A DNA stretch of 64,000 nt from an uncultured Actinomycetes bacterium (GTDB taxonomy: Bacteria > Actinomycetota > Thermoleophilia > Solirubrobacterales > 70-9), in contig CAWAUA010000002.1 in NCBI GenBank assembly GCA_963785175.1, forward strand, positions 43,443 to 107,442, given 5' to 3'. Within the stretch, counting starts at the first letter, position 1; each line of letters opens with the position of its first letter. Both the position numbers and the translations under genes were made by a program. Of the stretch, positions 28,279 to 36,226 are shown one piece after another. The notes under the pieces were generated by a model, which worked only from the letters and a program-made list of their open reading frames with translations, was not told the DNA's origin and made no database searches.

Positions 28279-28286
28279 TCAGCGGA
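28279..28286. repeat. right copy of 8-bp target-site duplication TCAGCGGA
   Basis: Direct repeat of 23504-23511. Confidence 0.85.
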
Positions 28287-28289
28287 CTC

Positions 28290-28312
28290 TCGCTATACTT
28301 TTTGAAGTAAAG
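28290..28312 (+). promoter_or_regulatory. conserved 23-nt motif copy A (TCGCTATACTTTTTGAAGTAAAG) upstream of the moeZ-like gene
   Basis: 21/23 identical to 32369-32391 upstream of cysM. Contains the -10-like TATACT. Confidence 0.55.
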
Positions 28313-28339
28313 CTGATCCGGATTAGGGGATTTCGAGCC

Positions 28340-29515
28340 ATGGCCATCGACACGACGCGCGTTCAGACGATCGAGGAGATCGAACCTTTTGAGGCTGCCG
28401 AGGAGATCAACGGCGGCGACGTCGTCCTGATCGACACGCGCGAGCCGCACGAGTACCAGGAGGCCCACCTCGAGGGCGGCAAGCTGGTGCCGCCGGGGCT
28501 GCTCGGCGACGAAATCGCCACTGCGGCGCCCGACAAGTCGGCCCGCACGATCCTCTACTGCCGCTCCGGCAACCGCTCGGCGATCGCCGCCGCGCAGCTG
28601 CAGCGGCTGGGCTATGAGAACGTCGCCTCGATGAGCGGCGGCATCCTTCTTTGGCAGGAGCAGGGGCTGCCGGTCGTCGCCGCGCATGGGATGACCCCCG
28701 AGCAGCGCGAGCGCTACTCGCGCCACACGCTGCTGCCCGAGGTTGGGGTCGACGGCCAGGTGAAGCTGCTGAACGCGAAGGTGCTGCTGCTCGGCGCCGG
28801 CGGGCTCGGCGCCCCGACCGCGCTCTATCTCGCCGCCGCCGGCGTCGGGACGATCGGCCTCGTCGACGACGACGTGGTCGACGCCTCCAACCTGCAGCGC
28901 CAGGTGATCCACAACACCGAGCGGATCGGGATGGCGAAGACCGCCTCGGCCCGGATCTTCATCGAAGGGCTGAACCCCGACGTCAACGTCGTCGAGCACA
29001 ACGGCCGCCTCGACGCGAGCAACATCCTCGAGGTGATGGAGGACTACGACATCGTCGTCGACGGCGCCGACAACTTCCCCACCCGCTACCTGCTGAACGA
29101 CGCCTCGGTGCGGCTGCGCAAGCCGGTCGTCTCCGCCTCGATCCTCGGCTTCGACGGCCAGATCTCGACCTTCGTTCCCTTCGAGGGGCCCTGCTACCGC
29201 TGCCTCTACCCGACCCCGCCGCCGGCCGAGCTGGCGCCGAGCTGCTCCGCCAACGGAGTGCTCGGGGTGATGGCCGGGACGATGGGCACGCTGCAGGCCA
29301 ACGAGGTGATCAAGCTGATCCTCGGCGCCGGCAACCCGCTGATCGGCCGCCTGCTTCTCTACGAGGCGCTCGGCACCACCTTTACCGAGTTGAAGGTCCG
29401 CCGCGACCCCGACTGCCCGATCTGCGGCGAGAACGCCGAGGAGATCCCGGAGTCGGAGATGGGGCAGTTCCCCGACTACGAGCAGTTCTGCGCCGGAGCC
29501 GGCGGCGACCGCTAA
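28340..29515 (+). CDS. moeZ: rhodanese-ThiF/MoeB fusion, sulfur-carrier adenylyltransferase/sulfurtransferase (MoeZ-like)
   Basis: N-terminal rhodanese with YCRSGNRS active loop, then ThiF GAGGLG nucleotide loop and CYRC...CPIC zinc pairs. Confidence 0.85.
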   Translation: MAIDTTRVQTIEEIEPFEAAEEINGGDVVLIDTREPHEYQEAHLEGGKLVPPGLLGDEIATAAPDKSARTILYCRSGNRSAIAAAQLQRLGYENVASMSGGILLWQEQGLPVVAAHGMTPEQRERYSRHTLLPEVGVDGQVKLLNAKVLLLGAGGLGAPTALYLAAAGVGTIGLVDDDVVDASNLQRQVIHNTERIGMAKTASARIFIEGLNPDVNVVEHNGRLDASNILEVMEDYDIVVDGADNFPTRYLLNDASVRLRKPVVSASILGFDGQISTFVPFEGPCYRCLYPTPPPAELAPSCSANGVLGVMAGTMGTLQANEVIKLILGAGNPLIGRLLLYEALGTTFTELKVRRDPDCPICGENAEEIPESEMGQFPDYEQFCAGAGGDR

Positions 29516-29628
29516 GCCGCGAATACCGGCGCATCTCGGCGTCCTCGGTCGGTCGTGTGCAGAGCACACTTCCCTCCCTGCGTCCTTGAGCTGCTTGATC
29601 TTCGCGGCTTAGTAGGATCACCGATCTC

Positions 29629-29907
29629 ATGGCAACCGTTCGCATCCCACCGGTCCTGCGCCCGAAAACGGGTGGGCAGGCCGAGGTCGAGGCCGCCGGC
29701 TCCGACGTCGGCGAGGTTCTGCGGGCGCTGACCGCCGAGTTCCCCGACACCGGGGCGCAGCTCTTCGGCGAGGACGGCGAGCTCAACCGCTACGTCAACG
29801 TCTATCTCAACGACGAGGACGTGCGAGTTTTGGACGGGCTCGGAACCGCCGTAAAAGACGGCGACAACGTAGTCATCCTGCCGGCGATGGCCGGCGGCGC
29901 CGCTTAG
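29629..29907 (+). CDS. cysO: MoaD/ThiS-family sulfur carrier protein (CysO-like) with GG-AA C-terminus
   Basis: 92 aa with a beta-grasp pattern (VRIPPVLR...VNVYLNDEDV...DGDNVVILPAMAGGAA). Confidence 0.8.
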   Translation: MATVRIPPVLRPKTGGQAEVEAAGSDVGEVLRALTAEFPDTGAQLFGEDGELNRYVNVYLNDEDVRVLDGLGTAVKDGDNVVILPAMAGGAA

Positions 29908-29911
29908 TTCT

Positions 29912-30676
29912 TCAGCGGTCCAGGACCAAGCCGAGGAACTGCTTGGTCCGCTCCTCGCGGGGGTTCTCCAAGACCTCGATCGGCTTGCCCTGCTCGACGA
30001 TCACGCCGCCGTCCATGAAGACGACCTGGTCGCCGACCTCTTTGGCGAAGCCGATCTCGTGGGTGACGACGAGCATCGTCATCCCTTCCGAGGCGAGTTC
30101 GCGGATCGTGTCGAGCACCTCTTTGACCAGCTCGGGATCCAGCGCGCTGGTCACCTCGTCGAAGAGCATCACGTGCGGTTCCATCGCCAGCGCCCTGGCG
30201 ATCGCGACCCGCTGCTGCTGACCGCCGGATAACCGTTCGGGGTACTGGGCGAGTTTGTCGGCAAGGCCGACGCGCTCCAGCAGCGCCGTGCCTTTCTCCC
30301 GGGCCTCACCCTTCGAGCGGCCGAGCACCCTTTCCGGTGCCATCGTCACGTTTTCCAGCACGCTCTTGTGCGGGAAGAGGTTGAACTGCTGGAAGACCAT
30401 CCCGACCCGCTGGCGGACGAAGTCGAGGTTCCAGCTCTGCTCGCCGGTACCCGAGCCGGGTCCCCTGCAGATGTCCTGACCCTCGAGCAGGATCTCGCCT
30501 TCCTCCGGTGGCTCGAGCAGGTTGACGCAGCGCAGCAGCGTGCTCTTGCCCGACCCGCTGGGCCCGAGGATGCAGATGACTTCGCCTTTCTGCACGTCGA
30601 GGTCGATCCCCTTCAGGACCTCGAGGCTGCCGAAGCGCTTGCAGACCCCGCGCAGCTTCAGCATCGGCTCGGCCAC
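29912..30676 (-). CDS. polar amino acid ABC transporter ATP-binding protein
   Basis: GPSGSGKST Walker [16 protein letters not shown] signature and [11 protein letters not shown] Walker B. Confidence 0.9.
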   Translation of the reverse strand: MAEPMLKLRGVCKRFGSLEVLKGIDLDVQKGEVICILGPSGSGKSTLLRCVNLLEPPEEGEILLEGQDICRGPGSGTGEQSWNLDFVRQRVGMVFQQFNLFPHKSVLENVTMAPERVLGRSKGEAREKGTALLERVGLADKLAQYPERLSGGQQQRVAIARALAMEPHVMLFDEVTSALDPELVKEVLDTIRELASEGMTMLVVTHEIGFAKEVGDQVVFMDGGVIVEQGKPIEVLENPREERTKQFLGLVLDR

Positions 30677-30679
30677 GGC

Positions 30680-31423
30680 TCAGGCCACCTCGATGTGCGA
30701 TCCGCGGGTGACTTTCAGCTGCTGGCGGGCGATCAGTTTGTCGACCACCCGGGCCAGGGGCAGGATGATGATCACGAAGAAGATCGCGGTCAGCGTCAGC
30801 GAGGAGCTGTTCAGTCGTTCGGAGAGCACTTCGCGGCTGACCAGCACCGACTCGCTCAGCGCGATCACGCTGACCAGGGTCGTGTCCTTGAGCAGAGAGA
30901 TGAGTTCGTTCAGCATCGGCGCCGGGATCTTGGTCACCCCCTGCGGCACGACGACGTAGCGCATCGCCTGGAAGTGGCTCATGCCAAGCGAGCGGGCCGC
31001 CTCCATCTGGCCGCGGGGCACCGCTTCGATCCCGGCCCGGTAGACCTCTGCCGAGAACGCCCCGTAGACGATCACCAGGGCGGCGACGCCGTACCAGAAC
31101 GGGTCGGGCCGGCCGAACCAGTGGGGGATGCGGACTTCCTGCGGGAGGAAGCTGAGAAACGGGACCCCGCCGGAGATCATCAGGATGATGATCAGGATCG
31201 GCACCGCGCGGAAGAAGTCGATGTAGGCGATCGTCAGGAACCGGATCGGCATCAGTTTCTTCCCCGGCAGCTGTCGCAGCAGCGCCAGGAACAGGCCAAG
31301 GGCGAGCGCCAGCACAGCCGCCACCGCGAAGACGAGGAGGTTCTGCAGGAAGCCGACGAGTACTTCTCCGAAGTGTTCCCGCATCACGTCGAAGTTGAAG
31401 TACTGGTTGAAGAACTGACTCAT
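30680..31423 (-). CDS. amino acid ABC transporter permease
   Basis: 247 aa, multi-TM, with the EAA-like loop EAARSLGMSHFQAMRYVVVPQ. Confidence 0.85.
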   Translation of the reverse strand: MSQFFNQYFNFDVMREHFGEVLVGFLQNLLVFAVAAVLALALGLFLALLRQLPGKKLMPIRFLTIAYIDFFRAVPILIIILMISGGVPFLSFLPQEVRIPHWFGRPDPFWYGVAALVIVYGAFSAEVYRAGIEAVPRGQMEAARSLGMSHFQAMRYVVVPQGVTKIPAPMLNELISLLKDTTLVSVIALSESVLVSREVLSERLNSSSLTLTAIFFVIIILPLARVVDKLIARQQLKVTRGSHIEVA

Positions 31424-31498
31424 GGCATCAGTTTCCCGCTTGGGCCTGCGAACGCAAAGGGGGCGCCGTCGTCGGCGCCCCCTCGCTCAAGGTCGGGT

Positions 31499-32308
31499 CT
31501 AGCCGAGGAACTGCTTCGGCGGTTCGAGGTGAAACCACTTTTCGTAGATCGTTTTGTAGGTGCCGTCGGAGATCACTTCCGCCAGACCTTCGTTGACTTC
31601 CTTCAGCAGCTCCGTGTTGTCCTTGGCGAGCGCGATTCCGTAGCTTTCTTCGGTCGGGACTTTTTCGGAGATTTCGACGCCGCCTTCTTCTTCGATCGCG
31701 TTCTGCGCCACCGGTGCGTCGATGATCACGGCTTCGACCGTGCCCGCCTTGAGGGCGTTGATCGCATCAGGACCTTCGGGATAGGGACGGAGTTCGCCGG
31801 CATTGGCTTTTTCCTTGCCGAGTTCGAGCCCCGTGGTGCCCTGCTGGGCGCCGACGGTCTTGCCTTCGAGATCTTCGATGCCGCCCACGTCGCTGCCTTC
31901 TTTGACCAGGATCGCCTGTTCGGAGAGGTAGTAGGGATCGGAGAAGGCGACTTCCTTTTCGCGTTCTTCGGTGATCGTTGCCGCGGAGGCCACGGCTTCG
32001 AACTTGCCCTGGGCGACGTCGCGGAAGATCGTTTCGAACGAGGTGTCCTGGAATTCCGGCGAGCGGCCGATCTTTTCGCCGATCGCTTCCATCAGTTCGA
32101 TGTCGAAGCCGGTGTAGTCACCCGGTTTCCCCTGCTCGAACGGCGGATAGGGGATGTCGGAGCCGACGGTCAGGGGTTCGCCGCCGCTTCCACCGCTGCT
32201 GCTGGTGGCGCCGGTGGTGTCGCTGCTGCTGCCGCAGCCCACCACGACCAGCGAGGTGATTGCCAGAAGGAAGACCGCGAATATGGCGGTCAGCCGGGTC
32301 GATCTCAT
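31499..32308 (-). CDS. amino acid ABC transporter substrate-binding lipoprotein
   Basis: Lipobox LVVVGCGSS and family-3 SBP strings (GFDIELMEAIG, VEAVIIDAP). Confidence 0.85.
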   Translation of the reverse strand: MRSTRLTAIFAVFLLAITSLVVVGCGSSSDTTGATSSSGGSGGEPLTVGSDIPYPPFEQGKPGDYTGFDIELMEAIGEKIGRSPEFQDTSFETIFRDVAQGKFEAVASAATITEEREKEVAFSDPYYLSEQAILVKEGSDVGGIEDLEGKTVGAQQGTTGLELGKEKANAGELRPYPEGPDAINALKAGTVEAVIIDAPVAQNAIEEEGGVEISEKVPTEESYGIALAKDNTELLKEVNEGLAEVISDGTYKTIYEKWFHLEPPKQFLG

Positions 32309-32368
32309 CGAAATCCTCCGTTCGAGTTGGACAGGCCGGAATAGGTATACAGGCTGGGCCTTATTCCG

Positions 32369-32391
32369 TCGCTACACTTTCTGAAGTAAAG
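32369..32391 (+). promoter_or_regulatory. conserved 23-nt motif copy B (TCGCTACACTTTCTGAAGTAAAG) upstream of cysM
   Basis: 21/23 identical to 28290-28312. Ends 9 nt before ATG 32401. Confidence 0.55.
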
Positions 32392-32400
32392 GGTCGGCCG

Positions 32401-33367
32401 ATGGCGCACGAGCAACTACTCAACAAACCCTGTGGAGGTCGCTTCGGCAACATCGTCGAGTCGATCGGCAACACCCCGTTGGTGGAGCTGCCGCGTTTCT
32501 CGCCGAAGCCGGGCGTCCGCATCTACGCCAAGCTCGAGGGGCACAACCCGACCGGCTCGGTCAAGGACCGCGTCGCCAAATCGATGATCGAGGCGGCCGA
32601 GGCCGAGGGCGCGATCGAGCCCGGGCAGACGATCCTCGAACCGACCTCGGGCAACACCGGCATCGCCCTGGCGATGATCTGCCGCCGCAAGGGATACCCG
32701 CTGAAGGTGGTGATGCCCGACAACGTCACCGAGGAGCGGACCCAGCTGCTGCGCATGTACGGGGCGGAGATCGTCTACTCCGAGGGCGCCAAGGGCTCCA
32801 ACGGCGCGGTCGAGGTGGCGCTGGAGATGTCGCAGGACCCGAGCTTCTACATGCCCTACCAGTACGGCAACGAGGCCAACCCGCTCGCCCACTACAACGG
32901 CACCGCAGTCGAGATCCTCGAAGAGCTCGACGAGGTGACCGCCTTCGTCGGCGGCCTCGGCACCGGCGGCACCCTGATGGGCAACGGCCGTCGCTTTAAG
33001 GAGGTCAACCCGGAGACGCTGATCGTCGCCGCCGAGCCCAAACAGGGGGAGCTGGTCCAGGGCCTGCGCTCGCTCGACGACGGCTTCATCCCACCGATCA
33101 TCGACATCTCCCTGTTCGACCGGAAGATCATGGTCGACAACCGCGACGCGATCGTTTGGACCAAGAAACTGCTCGAGGAGGAGGGCGTCTTCGCCGGCGT
33201 CTCGGCCGGCGCGATCGCCGCGATCGCCCACCGCATCGGCGGCGAGCTCGACGTCCGGCAACGTCGTCTTCCTGATCCCCGACGACGGCTGGAAGTATCT
33301 CTCCTCGGGCGTCTACACCAAGCCGATCGAGGAGATCGAAAACTTGGATACCACCGTCTGGTGGTAG
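32401..33367 (+). pseudogene. cysM: CysM-type cysteine synthase with an apparent 1-nt insertion near the 3' end
   Basis: PLP Lys block NPTGSVKDR and TSGNTG loop. After ...GGELDV (about 33255) the conserved tail GNVVFLIPDDGWKYLSSGVYT...TTVWW continues in the +1 frame, ending at TAG 33365-33367. Confidence 0.8.
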
Positions 33368-33382
33368 GTCGGCCTTAGGGTC

Positions 33383-33787
33383 TTGGCTATGAAGATCTCC
33401 CAGGCCCTGATCGACGAGATGGTCGCGCACGCGCGCGAGGATCTGCCGAACGAGTGCTGCGGGATGATCGGCGGCCGCGACGGCGAGGCGAGCACCGTGG
33501 TCCGAGTCGAGAACTCCGCCGCCAGCCCTCTGCGCTACGAGATGGACCCGCAGGCGCAGTTCGACGCGCTGAAAGCGATCGAAGGCACCGGCGATGAGCT
33601 GATCGGGATCTACCACTCCCACACCCGCAGTGCCGCATATCCCTCGCAGACCGATGTCAACCAGGCCGTCGCCTGGCCCGAACAGATCTACGTGATCGTC
33701 TCGCTGGAGCACGATGACGCCCCGGACGTGAAGGCCTACGACCTGGCGGACCTGAAGATCGCCGATGTCGAGCTCGACGTCACATAA
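33383..33787 (+). CDS. mec: JAMM/MPN+ metalloprotease (Mec-like)
   Basis: ECCGMIGG and the JAMM motif HSHTRSAAYPSQTD (HxHx7Sx2D). Alternative ATG at 33389. Confidence 0.88.
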   Translation: MAMKISQALIDEMVAHAREDLPNECCGMIGGRDGEASTVVRVENSAASPLRYEMDPQAQFDALKAIEGTGDELIGIYHSHTRSAAYPSQTDVNQAVAWPEQIYVIVSLEHDDAPDVKAYDLADLKIADVELDVT

Positions 33788-34250
33788 ACCCCGCTCCCGC
33801 GAGCACGAGCGTGGCGCCCAGGGCGGCGGCGGTAGCGGCTCGGGTGGCGACGACAGCGGTGGTGGAGGTGGCGGCGGCGGAGGTGGCGACCTCGTCAAGG
33901 TGGCTTTCGCCCGCAACCAGGCAGAGGCGGAGATGTTGCAGGGGCTGCTGTCCGAGGCCAGCATCCCGAGCGTTTTGAAGCGCAGCTTCGGCTTCGACAA
34001 TCCCGACTTCCTCTCCAGCGGGCCCCGCGACGTGATGGTCAACGCCGGCGACGCCCAGCGGGCCACCGACCTCCTCGCCGAAACGATGATCGAGGACGAG
34101 GGCGACGAGGTCGCCGAGCTGGAAGGCGAACGGCGCCTCGCCCGGGGCGAAACCGGAGGTCCCTCGCCCGGCCGCCTCGCATTCTGGATCCTCGCCGTCG
34201 CCGCGGGCGGGTTCCTCCTGCTGTGGCTGCTCTACGAACTCACCTACTAG
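33765..34250 (+). CDS. DUF2007-like domain protein with Gly-rich N-terminus and C-terminal TM
   Basis: DLVKVAFARNQAEAEMLQGLLSEASIPS parallels the next gene. The N-terminal run is GGGGSGSGGDDSGGGGGGGGGG. Start uncertain (23-nt overlap with mec). Confidence 0.5.
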   Translation: MSSSTSHKPRSREHERGAQGGGGSGSGGDDSGGGGGGGGGGDLVKVAFARNQAEAEMLQGLLSEASIPSVLKRSFGFDNPDFLSSGPRDVMVNAGDAQRATDLLAETMIEDEGDEVAELEGERRLARGETGGPSPGRLAFWILAVAAGGFLLLWLLYELTY

Positions 34251-34258
34251 GAGGATCG

Positions 34259-34657
34259 ATGGGAGATCTGGTCGAGGTTGCCTTCGTGGGCGACGAGTTC
34301 GAGGCGGAGATGATCCGTGCCCTGCTCGAGGAAAATGGGATCCCAAGCATCCACCAGCGGGTGACCCCCGCCGGGCCACAGTTGGGCTATGGCCTGATGA
34401 ACCCCGGCGGCGGGGCTCACCGGGTGATGGTGCATCCCGAGCGGGCGGATCGAGCGCGGACCTTGATCGAAGCGACGACGGCCGAATCCCTTCCCGAACC
34501 GGTCAACGCCGAATATCTCGAAGACGCCCAGGGCGGGCACAAGCCACGCAACTACGGGGTGATCGGCGGTTACGCGCGGGCGACGTTCTGGTCGCTTCTA
34601 GCGATGGCCGCGTTCTTCGGCGTCTGGTGGCTGCTCCGCGCGCTCGGGCTCACCTGA
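34259..34657 (+). CDS. DUF2007-like domain protein with C-terminal TM (tandem paralogue)
   Basis: ATG 34259 follows AGGAGGA. MGDLVEVAFVGDEFEAEMIRALLEENGIPS, with C-terminal FWSLLAMAAFFGVWWLL. Confidence 0.6.
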   Translation: MGDLVEVAFVGDEFEAEMIRALLEENGIPSIHQRVTPAGPQLGYGLMNPGGGAHRVMVHPERADRARTLIEATTAESLPEPVNAEYLEDAQGGHKPRNYGVIGGYARATFWSLLAMAAFFGVWWLLRALGLT

Positions 34658-35411
34658 CCGCGACCGGGCCGCGGACCATCTCACGCAGGTAGTCGCGCCA
34701 GGCGTCTTCGATCTCGCGGAAGCGGGCGTCGAAGGCGTCTTCGAGTTGGACCTCGGGGCCCTGGGGGAGGAGTTTGGCGACGAGGCGCTCGCAGGCCTCG
34801 GGGCCGCGCTCGTTCTCGAGCAGGTCGAAGATCGTGCCGCCGAGGATCACCGCGTCGCGGCGCGAGGGCGGGAAGGAGGGACGGGAGCTCTCGCGCAGGC
34901 GGCGGATCACGGCGGCGCGGTAGAGGCCGACCTGGCGGGAGAAGTATTGGGCGCCGCCTTCGACCAGCCAGGCCCAGCGCAGGTAGCGGGCGAAGCGGCG
35001 CGGCGTCCAGGAGGGGGGGAGGGCGGTGTTGTTGTCGGCGATCACCATCTGCGCGTAGAGCCGCTCGGCGGTGCCGCGCAGGGCTTCGTAGGAGTCGTCC
35101 CCCGCGGCGCGGCGCTCCATGTGGAAGTCGTTGAGGACGTGCAGCTCGGTAGACATCGGCCAGCCGGCGAGATAGCGACGACCGGCCGGCGCCGATGCCC
35201 AGCGGGCGGCGGGGAGAAAGGGATGGGCGGCGGTCAGCCAGAGCGGGTTGGTGTGGACGACGATCGTCGCCTCCTCCGGCACTGTCTCGAAGCGGTCTTC
35301 GAGCCGCAGTCGCAGTTCCTCCAGCCGGTCGAGCGTGCGCTCGGCGAAGGCGGAATCGTCGGAGTCGTGCCGCGCAGTGAAGCTCAGGCTCTCAGTCTCG
35401 ACCCAACTCAT
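34650..35411 (-). CDS. hypothetical protein
   Basis: 253-aa ORF with coding-like composition. No domain recognised. Confidence 0.55.
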   Translation of the reverse strand: MSWVETESLSFTARHDSDDSAFAERTLDRLEELRLRLEDRFETVPEEATIVVHTNPLWLTAAHPFLPAARWASAPAGRRYLAGWPMSTELHVLNDFHMERRAAGDDSYEALRGTAERLYAQMVIADNNTALPPSWTPRRFARYLRWAWLVEGGAQYFSRQVGLYRAAVIRRLRESSRPSFPPSRRDAVILGGTIFDLLENERGPEACERLVAKLLPQGPEVQLEDAFDARFREIEDAWRDYLREMVRGPVAVR

Positions 35412-35441
35412 CGAGGCGAGGGTAGCGAGAGGAGAAGTTGG

Positions 35442-36071
35442 CTAAACGAGCGCAGGTTCGGCTGCGCCGGCGCGCGAGCGTATCTCTTCGCGGGCGCGGT
35501 CGAACTCTTCATCGGCCATCACCGGGGTGCCCTCGAAGGGCAGTTCGCGGTCGATCTCGACCCAGGAGCGGCAGCCGTGGTACTCATCGCGGACGCGCAC
35601 CGTGACCGGGCGCGGGATCCGATGGACCCGCAGCAGCAGGACGTGGAGGGGGTGACGGTGCTTCCAGGTCAGCCGCTTTTCGGCGTAGTCCGGGGTCCAG
35701 ATGTAATAAGGCGAGAGCGCGTCGAGGCTGCGACGGTCGTTGATCGTCACGTGGTCGACGACTTCGGCCCAGGCGCGCAGGCGGACGCGGTCGGGCTGGG
35801 GGATGCCGCCGTCCTGGAGCAGCGCTTTCGGCGGCGGCTCTTCGTCGGGCCAGACACCCTCCTCGAGCGCGCGGCGCAGCTCCGGGTGGTGCGATTCGCG
35901 GACCAGGTTGTTCTGCTGGTGGTCGAAGGTCGGGTAGAGGAAGAACCGCTCGTGCTCGAGCTCGAAGTGCTTGTTCTCCTCGCGGATGCCTCCCTTACGC
36001 AGGGTCAGTAGCTGCTCGCCCTCAGAGAGAGCGCGGACCGTTACGGCCCATTCCTTTAGAGCGATCGGCAT
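35442..36071 (-). CDS. DUF1802-like protein
   Basis: Start moved to ATG 36071 (MPIALKEWAVTVRALSEGEQLLTLRKGGI...FFLYPT), which matches my recollection of DUF1802. Confidence 0.55.
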   Translation of the reverse strand: MPIALKEWAVTVRALSEGEQLLTLRKGGIREENKHFELEHERFFLYPTFDHQQNNLVRESHHPELRRALEEGVWPDEEPPPKALLQDGGIPQPDRVRLRAWAEVVDHVTINDRRSLDALSPYYIWTPDYAEKRLTWKHRHPLHVLLLRVHRIPRPVTVRVRDEYHGCRSWVEIDRELPFEGTPVMADEEFDRAREEIRSRAGAAEPALV

Positions 36072-36226
36072 TGAAGTATCCCAGCGAAGATTCGTTGATT
36101 CCAGAGTGGGGTGAGCGCGTGTGGACTGGGCCTGCTTAGGGCCAATTGCGCTCACCCAGAGGCGCGCATTCTAGAGGAGTGCTGCGAAAACTCAACTAAA
36201 AAACCGCGAAATTTGCGAAATGTGAC

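Noticed and set aside
36109-36157. 10-bp inverted repeat GGGTGAGCGC...GCGCTCACCC with a 29-nt loop, between hyuB and the DUF1802-like gene.
   Set aside because: It is plausibly just the hyuB terminator or stabiliser. It is a single copy with no T tract and no further distinguishing feature.
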